DNA of 64,000 bases, taken from positions 78,120,001-78,184,000 of the forward strand of contig OZ024747.1 in assembly GCA_964016885.1 (NCBI GenBank). Reading direction: 5' to 3'. Below the pieces are notes generated by a model, which ran no database searches, was not told the origin of the DNA, and saw nothing but the letters and a program-made list of their open reading frames with translations. The stretch's first letter is position 1. Every line of letters begins with the position of its first letter. Of the stretch, positions 40,840 through 52,762 are shown in pieces. Origin of the DNA: Eledone cirrhosa. Lineage: Eukaryota. A program made the translations under genes and the position numbers.

Positions 40840-42166
40840 CAGACATACACATACACACACATATACACATGCATATATACACACATACACATACATACAC
40901 ACATATATATATACACACACAATCATACATTCTTATTTGCATGCGCATATATGTATTTTTATATTCAGATATAAATACCCAAATATATATACACACCTAC
41001 CTATATATATATTCATACATACACGCTTACAAACACAGATGATAATAGTATGGGGGAAAGGGGGGGGGGTTAGAGAAGGGGAATATAGTAAATATATGTT
41101 TCAAGAAACATAGAATATTGTCCGTATCTATATCCAATGTATGTTTTTACATAGTATCAGTGTTAGGAAATACAATAAACCAGAAATAAGGCAAAATTTA
41201 TGCATTTCAAAATAAATAAGTATACCATTAATTATATGTTAACTAAACTAAAGATAGTTAACATATTGATTTCTAAGGTGTAAATTAGTTAGGTTTATAA
41301 TATTTGAAGCAGAATTTTGAAGTTAAATAGTAGTAGAGTATTAATTGTAGTATAACTAAATTAAAGTTAATAACTTTATGGTATCAATATTAGGAAATGA
41401 ATTTAGTAATAGGGAAAAAACAAATAAAGTATTACATCGGTAGTAGAATATAAAATGTGGGTTAATTAAATTAAAAATTATATATTTATTTCTATAGTGT
41501 ATGTTAATTAGGTATATAATAAATAAAACAGATATTGTATTTTATCAATAGCAGAATATAATTATATGCAAATAGAAATCAAAATTAATACATATACATA
41601 TACATATATATACACATATATATATACATATATATACATATATATAGACATATATACACATATACATACGCACACACATACACATACACATATACATATA
41701 CATATTTTTTCAAAAATTGCAAAGAATATATTAACTAGGTATAAATCCAAAACACATCCCATTCTATGATTAGATGACATTCTGCAATTCGTCTGTATAA
41801 GGATATTAATTTTAAGCCAATTAAATTAAATTTTTAGGTTGATTAAAATTAAAATTAAAACCAAATTATAAATATATTTCTAAAATGTATATTAATTAGG
41901 TCTATAATACTAAAAATTATTTCTCTGTCATTGGATACACGATATTTTGTTATATTTTATCTGTAAAAGAATTATAATAAAAGGTTTAAATAAATTAAAA
42001 TTAATCTATAAATTAAATTACTAAGTATATATTAGTAATATTTAAAGGTTTTTCACAATTTATGATTACATAATATTTTATATTCTCATCTGTAATAGAA
42101 TTTTAATTAAATTAAATTTATAGGTTAACTAACATTTAAATTAAATTAATTTCTAAAATAATGTTA

Positions 42167-43495
42167 TTAATTAGGTTTATAATATTTAAATGTTTTTTTT
42201 AGTTTATGATTACACGATATAATTAATTCCTGTCGTTTATTTAATAGGATATCCTTAGATTTCATTATTTCAAATAGTTCTTGGGAACATAATCTACATT
42301 CATTTCTATTATTTTGATAAGGGGTGGCTCTTTTGAGCACACTCCAGGTCAAATCATATTCTATATTCTTATTTTTATAACTATTGATTTTTTCTGCTAG
42401 AGATGTTGTATTAGCCAGTGCGGCATTTTTAAAACTATGCTTGTGGGTATTAAACCTTGTCTTAAAATTGTTAGAGGTAGCTCCTATATATGAGCAAATA
42501 GAATCTTTAGTTTTAACATTACATTTATAGACTATGTTGTTAACAAGACAATTCCCTTTTAATGGGCAGTTTGCTTTGTTTCTACAGTTACAACCTTTCG
42601 TTAATTCTGTATTTGAGGAGATATTATGGTTAATTTGATGTACTGGTGGTATACTTATGGTTTTCTTACATTTATATGCACTATAGGCACTTATATTTTG
42701 TTTTATGTTATTTGTTGTAGAGTATGAGAATTTAACTGTAGACCTATTTAAGATTTGATGGTATTTGTGGTTTGGCGGGAAGTTTTTCTCTAGGATATAA
42801 AAAAATTTTTTAGCAATATTATCCTTAATTTGTAAATTAAATGGAGCATTATACCAAGTAACCCGTCTATTACGGTTTCTATGTTGTTTATTATTTTTAT
42901 TATTTTTATAGGTTGTATCGTGATTTTTACTAGGAGGATTAATGTTAATGATCTCACCACAACCATTTTTAGTTATATTTGTAGATTTAGGTGTTTTATC
43001 CTTTTTATTAGGAATTTTATTATTAATATTTATTAGAGTTGTATGATAAGTAGTTTTTTGAGAGTTACTATACTTTATATTAGAAGATTTGGTATTTTGG
43101 GGTATAGTGTGGGTGGCATTTAGGTGTGTACTTTTCATTTGGTGTTTGTTGGTAATATTAGGTTGTATGCTTTCAGTATTTTTAGTAGAAGGTATATATT
43201 CTAATCTATTTTTGTGGCCACTTCTATCTAGAGCTTCGTTATAGAAGGTCGCATTTTTATCAAATACATCTTGGTTAGAAGAAAGGTTAGAAATTCTAAG
43301 TGATATATTATATGCAAGGTTTTTAAGGATAGATTTAGGGTGATTAGATTGTGAGTGTATGTAATGTAAGTTTTGGTTTGGTTTATGGTAAGGTTGGTAG
43401 ATACCCGTAGCTAAATCTAAAGTTATATCTAGGAAATTTACTACTTTACTTGTTTTTTCAAAAGTAATATTAAGATTATAATAGTCTTTAAGGAA
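42167..43495 (-). CDS. Penelope-like RT thumb plus GIY-YIG endonuclease, partial
   Basis: ORF 42167-43138 extends 119 codons upstream without a stop. Confidence 0.88.
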   Translation of the reverse strand, partial: FLKDYYNLNITFEKTSKVVNFLDITLDLATGIYQPYHKPNQNLHYIHSQSNHPKSILKNLAYNISLRISNLSSNQDVFDKNATFYNEALDRSGHKNRLEYIPSTKNTESIQPNITNKHQMKSTHLNATHTIPQNTKSSNIKYSNSQKTTYHTTLININNKIPNKKDKTPKSTNITKNGCGEIININPPSKNHDTTYKNNKNNKQHRNRNRRVTWYNAPFNLQIKDNIAKKFFYILEKNFPPNHKYHQILNRSTVKFSYSTTNNIKQNISAYSAYKCKKTISIPPVHQINHNISSNTELTKGCNCRNKANCPLKGNCLVNNIVYKCNVKTKDSICSYIGATSNNFKTRFNTHKHSFKNAALANTTSLAEKINSYKNKNIEYDLTWSVLKRATPYQNNRNECRLCSQELFEIMKSKDILLNKRQELIISCNHKLKKTFKYYKPN

Positions 43496-43805
43496 GTGTT
43501 GGTATGTATATTTAATCTTGATAGTTTGTATAATTTTGTATAATTTTGTACATAGATCTGTTGAATATGCATGCCAACTCTAACACATATATATCCTAGA
43601 AACGATCGTTAAATAATGAACTTTTTTTGTTTAATATAAGGAATTGTTTATTCATTATTTGTTTAATATTTTATCTTGACTCTGTATACCGTTTATCTTT
43701 CACCGAAAGTGATTTTTCATTACATCTCTTCTTTCCATGATATCCGGAATACATTGAGTTCTTCATACGGATTGGACACTACCGTAAACTCTTGGTAGAT
43801 TTATC

Positions 43806-43863
<58 letters not shown>

Positions 43864-43864
43864 T

Positions 43865-44434
43865 ATATATATATATATATATTCAATGAATGGAATAACA
43901 ACAACACCCAAACAAACAACACTGACCTTAGACAAGTATAAATAAGTAAATTAAATAAAATAAAATAAATAGATAAATAAATACATACACAACCACAATA
44001 CCAACAAACACATAAACACACATTAGTCACCCAATCACGAACACACATCAAACAAAACACTATACACACACGCAAACGCATGCGTAAAGAAGACAAAATA
44101 AAATAAACAAAGAAGCAAATAAATAAATAAATATATAGACAGACTGAATAAAAATGGCGTAGCCATACAATTCAACAGGAGGAAACAATAGCACCACTGA
44201 TGATGTTGCAGATGTGCAACGAAAGATTTATGATAAACTATATATATGTGTTTGTGTCTATATTGTATCTGTATTATTTTTGACCGTTGGTCAGTCAATG
44301 GCAACATTGAGGACCGAGTATATTAGATTACCGATATAAAGGACACAGAAGTGAAAAGCGAAAACCAACCAAACAGTGAGTGTGTTCTGTTATTAATTCT
44401 GGCAATATTACACAAATATGACCCTCCCCAAGTA

Positions 44435-44440
<6 letters not shown>
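43865..44440 (+). mobile_element. Solo pLTR-like element between (TA)n tracts
   Basis: Contains an HHR motif at 44193-44234; its 3' tail (CATTGAGGACCGAGTA...GACCCTCCCCAAGTATAAC) recurs at 51936-51965, 52071-52210 and inverted at 59540-59563. Confidence 0.65.
44193..44234 (+). ncRNA. Minimal hammerhead ribozyme motif, slightly decayed
   Basis: ACCA CTGATGA T GTTGCA-GATG-TGCAAC GAAA GATT TA TGAT. Confidence 0.6.
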
Positions 44441-44490
<50 letters not shown>

Positions 44491-44493
<3 letters not shown>

Positions 44494-45394
44494 TCATCAT
44501 CATCATCATCATCATCGTTTAACGTCCATGTTCCACGCTTGCATGGGTCTGGACGGGAGTTTTCCCACTTGAGGCAAGAGTTGTTGTCTTGCTCGCATAG
44601 GACTGTCTGGCGGGTTTTCTACAGCTGGAAGCCCTTCCTAACACCAACCACATTTACAGTGTGGGACTGGGAGGTTTTTACCGTGTTGCCTACACGGTCA
44701 CATTACTGAGTGCCGCCAAAGATCTTGGTCCAGTGACATTGTCTTGGAGAGGTGTAAGTGTGTGAGGTCGGAGTTTATCAGGTCGTCCAAGGTTTTTCTG
44801 GGTCTGCCTACTCCGTGGCTACCGTCTATCTTTATTGCCCTGCACTTTTTTTATACAGCTGTCGTCTTTCATGCGCATTACGTGACCATACCAACGTAGC
44901 CTTCTCTCGAGTAAACAACATCTGATCCCTCTTATTTCTAATTTTTCCCTTAGTTCGTTTATGCTTTGCCGTTCGCATATATTACTATTACACATCCAGC
45001 GGAGCATGCAAGCTTCGTTCCTCTCTAGTCTGCGTATATCCTCTGCACACAATGCCCAGGTCTCACTGCCATGCAACATTGCTGTTCGTATGCAGGCATC
45101 ATATAGCCTGCCTTTCATTTTTAGGGAGAACCCTTTAGCGGCTAATAGTGGTATAAGCTCTCTGAACTTTTTCCATCCAGTTCTGACTCTAGCTACTGTA
45201 CTTTCAGAGCACCCTCCCCCACTGCTGATTTTGTCACCCAGGTAACGGAAGCTGTCCACTATTTCTATAGAACCCTCTGCGCAATTGAAAGAGTTAGTAT
45301 TTGTGGGCACTTGCTGCTACTTATTGCACCAGAGCACCGGCCACATGTAACATCTATGTTCTTAGTGAGCTTACCTATGATCCCACTACATCTT
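44491..45394 (-). mobile_element. 5'-truncated RTE LINE, related to 52458-57091
   Basis: ORF 44819-45310 is highly similar to the C-terminus of the 1039-aa ORF; same 3' end and (GAT)n tail. Confidence 0.92.
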
Positions 45395-45458
45395 ATATAT
45401 ATATAAATGTATATATGATATTAAACAAATGGAAACTATATTTATAAAACCATATTTA

Positions 45459-45520
45459 TTTCATTATACATATTTCAGGGATACCATATTAAAAATATGG
45501 CATGCCTTCGTCAGATAAAA
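45459..45520 (-). ncRNA. Hammerhead ribozyme motif at the 3' end of Penelope-like element 2
   Basis: TTTTAT CTGACGA AGGCATGCCATATT-TTT-AATATGGTATCCCT GAAA TATGTA TA ATGAAA. Confidence 0.65.
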
Positions 45521-47161
45521 TAAAATATATAAACAGTTTTATAAATAATTTTGACGTACCATAAATATAAGCGACCATTAAGGTAGGAAGCTGGCTTGGT
45601 AGTGAAGTGTTTATAATTATTTAGTTATAGTGTTAAGCACAGTTAGAAAGAAAGACGGAGAGAAAGAAGAAATGGATGTAAAGAAAAACAGAGAGAAATA
45701 GGGGAGAGAGAAAGAAGGAGGAGGTGAAAAAAGAGAGGCAACCGAAGGCAACAGATGAATAATAATAATTCACCATACAAATAGAGATATTTAAGAGAGA
45801 GGGAGTACGGTAATTATTTAGTTATAGTGTTAAGCACAGTTAGAGAAGAGACGGAGAGAAAGAAAAAAAATGGAGATGAAGAGAAAATAGAGAGAGAAAG
45901 AGAGGTGGGAGGAAAAGAAAGAGGGAGAAAAAATAATAATAATTATATAGGGGGAGGTGAAAACCAAGAGAGAAATAAGAGAGAAACATGAGAGGCAAAA
46001 TCAAAGCGACAGATACATAAACTTCATCATATATAAAGAGAGAGGAGAAGAAAGAGCTATATCTAGAGAGAGGGATGATACAGTTACATCTTTACGTCAT
46101 GTCCTATCAATTTGAATTATCAATTCATATGAACTGGGTAATATAATGTAAATATCAATATTCATGAATGAGACATAGATATATAATGTGTGAAAATAAT
46201 TTTGCTCAATAATGACCATATGTTTAGTTTAAACCTCTGAGGTCAATGTACCAAAATCTGAGATAAACCTTCAAAAAATTACCCTATTTATAAAAATACG
46301 GAGATATATATGTATATATATATATATACGTATATGTACTTTCTGAAAAAAGAAAAAGAGAAAGTTATGTCAAGCTCTAGTCGATAATATAGACATACAC
46401 ATGACTTTACGTGATCAACTCTATAATTTCTTGTGTCATAAAAAAATTTCCTTGTGTTATAAAAAATTTCACTATATACATATACATAAAAAATAAACGA
46501 TTAATATTCATGCCCTCACACATATGATTATCGTTCATGTATATAATATTATGCATATCTGTAACATATACAGAACTATACCTACATATATATATGTATA
46601 TATAAGATATCTGCGTGAGTATTCCAGCATCTCTATGCACACATACAGGCACATGAACAGATAAAATAGACTCTGTAATCTTTCCATATGCATGTTAATA
46701 CATATGGCCTTTGTATAGAGATAACCAAATATCAATATATCAGCACAGAAATATCAAAACGTTAAAATATTTTCAACACACCCTAGAGTATCTCAGGCCA
46801 CAAAACAGTATGCTTCATATATTTACCACAGAAATCTATCCTTCCAATTTTTCAGACGATATATTGCAAAGTTTTTTAGAAGCAATCAGAATCAAAAAGC
46901 AAATAAAAAACCAAAAATTATTTAACAAAAATTATTTAAAGGATTTAGAAGACCCTGTGGTTCTACGGATGCTTTTATATTTAGTATAGAAATTTATCTT
47001 GCGTAAAATTTATTTAATACATTGGGAGCATCTACATTTTAGAGTAGTTTAATTACATCATTTGTTTATATTTATGAAGAAGGTTTAAAAGAAAAAGTTG
47101 AAGGAATCGAAAGATTTATCGTCAGGTTTCATACATTAATTAAATTTCTTAATTAATTATA

Positions 47162-49071
47162 CTACATTTTAAATTTATATTTATATTTAAACGTTGAGTT
47201 CAATCTATGTCTGCAGCAACTGAATAAATTGCTCCTTAGATTAAGGGAATTTTTGGATTTTAATATAAAGAATATCTCCTCCAGACAGAGATCACATGTC
47301 TCAGATGAGGAATTAAAAGGAATCCCTCTTGAGACAATATTCCAAAACATCGAATACCCAACATTATCACGTTTAAGTTGCCAGAGTAAGCTTGATAGCG
47401 AAGTTGAAGATTTTTTGTTTGGATCTGTGAAAGAATTCTTATGATTATTGAAGCGAAGTTTAAATTCTGTCGAGGTGGAACCAACATAGTTGAAAGAATT
47501 TAAGTTAGTTTTAACATTACAATTGTATATTATATTTTTAACTAAGCAATTGTTATTTAACGGACATTTAGATTTATTTCTACAGTTACAGTTATTTAAT
47601 TGAATATTGTTTGGGTTATTATTGGTATTTTGGTTAGGTTTTAAATTCCTATTATTAATTCTGTTAATATTTTGTGCTAAATTTTTGGTGGACGAGTAAG
47701 TTAATTTTATAGTATGTCTATTAAAAATTGAGTGATATTTATGTGTTCTAGGGAAGCGTTTGTCAAGAGCATTAAAGAATAGTTTAGCAATGTGGGTTTT
47801 AATATTTAGTGAGAAGGGGGGGGGGGGGCAAACCATATTATATTTCTAGTTCTATTCCTTTTCCGGCTTTTGGAATTATGTAATGTTTTCTATTATAGTT
47901 GTTAATGTTGTTACCGTAATTAAAATTGTTATTATTTTGGTTAGTTTGCTTATTATTATCGATGTACTTAATTTTATCACTATATCCTGCTCTAGCTAAC
48001 GCTTCATTGTAATACTGCGCTTTTTCGTCGAAAATATTTTTATTAGATGAAATTCTTGAGATTCGTTCTTGAACAGAGTTCACTATAGTATTTTTAACAG
48101 ATCTGGGGGTGATTAGAGTTAAAATTGACATAATTCAAGTTTTCATTTAGTTTGTGAAATGGATAGTGAAGACATGTGTTGAGATTTAGTGTTACATCTA
48201 GGAAATTGACTATTCTATGGTTATTCTCTATTTCTATTTTTAGATTAAGGTAATTAAAAAATTGTATAATTTGTTTTCTTTTTCTATTTAGTTCAGAGTT
48301 ATTATTTTCAATAAGTAAAAGCATGTCATCACGATATAATCCTCCGGTTACACCTGGTATTTTTCTATGCAGCGAATTAATTATAAATAGGCCCACAAGG
48401 TCCGTTACCTGAGCTGAGTCAGATGATCCCATAGTTATGTCGAAATTATTATCTCTATCTGCCCTAGTCCATAGTTGGTTATTAAATTCTATCAATGTTT
48501 TCCTTGCCGATAATATAATGTGCATTTCATTGCTAGTTAGGTCAGTATGTTTGAATGCGTAATTTAGTGCCTTATTCAGTAGATTAGGGGTGATAGATGA
48601 ATAGTAGTTAGCAATATCAAGTTGAATAAATTTATTATTATTGTTATATTTAATTTCTTTAAACCACTCAATAACCTCACCAGTCCCCTTCCATAACTTT
48701 AAGTAAGGTAAATTATGTAAGTTTTTAATTTGCTGTATCACCCTGTCTAGAATGTTTTTGCTAAGTTTACCCAGGCCAGATTTTGATGGTGCAATCAATC
48801 TGACTGGCAAATCATTTTCAAAATTTCTTTTGCGATCTTTCATATTGATCTTGGGTTTCCTAGGCATGAAGGGTTGTGTTTTGTTCTCAATGTCTAATTC
48901 ATGCATTATACAAGATGCCTCAGCATTCATTTTTTCCAGTTCGTCCTTACTTGCTACCTTGTACTTTTTCCTTAGTTCTTTCAATATAAGGCCATTATAC
49001 ATGTCCTTTTGCACTCCATAAATGTTGTTGGTTTTGTCCGATTTCACCAAAATCTTCTCTGTTCTCTCCAA
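47162..49071 (-). pseudogene. Penelope-like RT plus GIY-YIG ORF with at least three frameshifts
   Basis: Consecutive ORFs in different frames; two of the breaks fall in G/C homopolymers (about 48105 and 47820). Confidence 0.85.
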
Positions 49072-49118
49072 GCCTTCAATATTATCCTTAATGCTTCTTA
49101 GATAGTCCTGGCCTATAA

Positions 49119-49206
<88 letters not shown>

Positions 49207-49207
49207 G

Positions 49208-49278
<71 letters not shown>

Positions 49279-49368
49279 GTATATATATATAAATGTATAT
49301 ATATATAAATGTATATATATATATATATAAATGTATATATATATATATATAAATGTATATATATATAA

Positions 49369-49428
<60 letters not shown>

Positions 49429-49498
49429 GTATATATATATATATATTAAGAGAGTAAAACAAACAAAGAATCCTTTAATACATCAAAAGTTTTTATTA

Positions 49499-49536
49499 GC
49501 CGACAATGTTTCGTCCTATTAAGGACTCATCAGGGC
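49499..49536 (-). ncRNA. Minimal type I hammerhead ribozyme motif in an AT-rich pLTR-like segment (about 49446-50485)
   Basis: GCC CTGATGA GTCCT-TAAT-AGGAC GAAA CATTG TC GGC; canonical GUC cleavage triplet. Confidence 0.8.
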
Positions 49537-50481
49537 AATCAAAACAACAAGAAGTAATATCGGCAGATACAAGCCGGAAACTCTGAAGAATATGGAGTGT
49601 GCATACACTAAAGTCTTACAAAAATATATGATAATAAAAATGAAAATAAAAATAAAAATAATAAAAATATATAATAATAAGAATAACTAAGGATGTAGAT
49701 AACATTAAGAACCATATTACAAATATAGTCCAAAGCAACTAACCTAAATCTAAACAAATTTGGTTATATAGAGCAGGAATTATATATAACACAATGCAAT
49801 AAACATAATACATTATAATAATATACCTTTACCAACATTAAAATTACAAATTAAAAATCAAAAGGTACAATATATACATGTATATATGTGCGCGCACACA
49901 CACACACACACACATATATAACAATACACCCATCTATGATCAACTACACAAATTAAGCCCTATTAGAAGTTTGAATATAAAAATAAGCATGATAAGAGTG
50001 AAAATAATAAAAATACATCTACCCAATATACATGAGGCAATAATATGATATAATTACAAGAGACACATATAATAAATAATAAACAATAAAATTATATAAT
50101 TCAATATAATATAATAAAATAGATAATCCCCGGTTAGTTTACAGAAACAATATAGATGTCACAATAAAATACAATGATAATACGTAAACAGTGTACTAAC
50201 ATTTACCATAAACAATGTATTCAAATCGATTCATACTGGGTTACAGAGTAAATGAGGAAAAATAAATTATATAATACTCAAAAAACCTTATATTGGTACT
50301 GTAAAAATTATGATCGTACAGAAAAAAATATATACAGACATCTTACATGATATGTAAAGTCTAAATATCATAATGTTACATATAATGAACAGTAAGTAAT
50401 AAGGATCAATATTACAATATTACAAAATATACAGTCATCTTACATGATATATAAAGTTTAACACGCTCCAGTATTCTAATC

Positions 50482-51540
<1,059 letters not shown>

Positions 51541-51544
51541 CTAT

Positions 51545-51829
51545 CTAAGGCGGGTAAAATTCACGAGATCCATGGACGAGTTCTCTCCAGCGGTCTCTGT
51601 CCCTCATTATCGCTGCCATTAATCAGTATACACTGAGGATGAAAAACTCAGAGCTGTATGGGAGCATCCCAAAAGTCAGCTCAAAAGTGACACAGAGGAG
51701 ACTGAGGTTGGTTGGACATGCTCACCGACATCCAGAGTTGACATTGCACTCAGTGCTCCTTTGGGAGCCCCTACATGGACACACTAGAAGAGGAAGACCA
51801 AAGTTAACGTATGTTGATGCCCTAAGGAC

Positions 51830-51830
<1 letters not shown>
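51545..51830. mobile_element. RTE-like LINE 3' fragment with an internal inversion
   Basis: + strand reads RRLRLVGHAHRH...[14 protein letters not shown]; the adjacent - strand reads MAAIMRDRDRWRELVHGSREFYPP*. Confidence 0.7.
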
Positions 51831-51888
<58 letters not shown>

Positions 51889-51964
51889 AATGTATATGTA
51901 TATATATATATATATAAATGTATATGTATATATACATTGAGGACCGAGTAAGTTAGATCGCAGA

Positions 51965-52024
<60 letters not shown>

Positions 52025-52243
52025 AATGTATATGTATATATATATATATATAAATGTATATGTATATATACATTGAGGACCGAGTAAGTTAGATCGCAGA
52101 TATATATATATAAAAGACAGCGAGAAGCGAAAACCAACCAAACAGTGAGTGTGTTCTGTTATTAATTCTGGCAATATTACGCAAATATGACCCTCCCCAA
52201 ATATAACAATATATGTATATATATATATATATAAATGTATATG

Positions 52244-52299
<56 letters not shown>

Positions 52300-52762
52300 A
52301 ATGTATATATATATATAAATGTATATATATATATAAATGTATATATATATATAAATGTATATATATGTATATATAAATGTATATATATATAAATGTATAT
52401 ATATATATATAAATGTATATATATAAATGTATATATATATATAAATGTATATATATATCATCATCATCATCATCATCACCGTTTTACGTCCGTTCTTCCA
52501 CGCTAGCATGGGTTAGACGGGTTGTCCTGTTGTGGGCAGTGTCTGGTCGGCTGACCATGCCTTGCTCATACAGGAACTGATCTGGCTTGATTTCTACAGC
52601 TGGATGCCCTTCCTAACACCAACCTCATTTACAGTGAGTGCTGGGTGCTTTTTCGTGGCGCCTACACGTCCACTTTACAGTGTGGGCTGGGTGCTTTTTT
52701 GCCGTGGCACCTCCACGACCACCTTGCGGTGGGGGGGGGGGGGGGCATATTGTTTATATGCT

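Larger units (their letters stand above)
38002..43810 (-). mobile_element. Penelope-like element 1, 5'-truncated, with inverted pseudo-LTR
   Basis: Uninterrupted frame 43495 to 42167 encodes the RT C-terminus (VVNFLDITLDL, SNHP), a CxCx5Cx5C linker and a GIY-YIG endonuclease (NIVY...YIGAT..FKTRFNTH). 38002-38180 is repeated inverted at 43496-43674. Both ends abut (TA)n. Confidence 0.9.
45410..49115 (-). mobile_element. Penelope-like element 2, 5'-truncated and frameshifted
   Basis: ORFs 49071-48094 (RT: [31 protein letters not shown]), 48131-47838 and 47836-47162 (CNCRNKSKCPLNNNC plus GIY-YIG); long 3' region ending in an HHR; (TA)n flanks. Confidence 0.9.

Noticed and set aside
38747-41769. 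Many YI/VC-rich ORFs, also at 49-52 kb, 57 kb and 59.5 kb
   Set aside because: They are translations of TA/CA/TG microsatellites.
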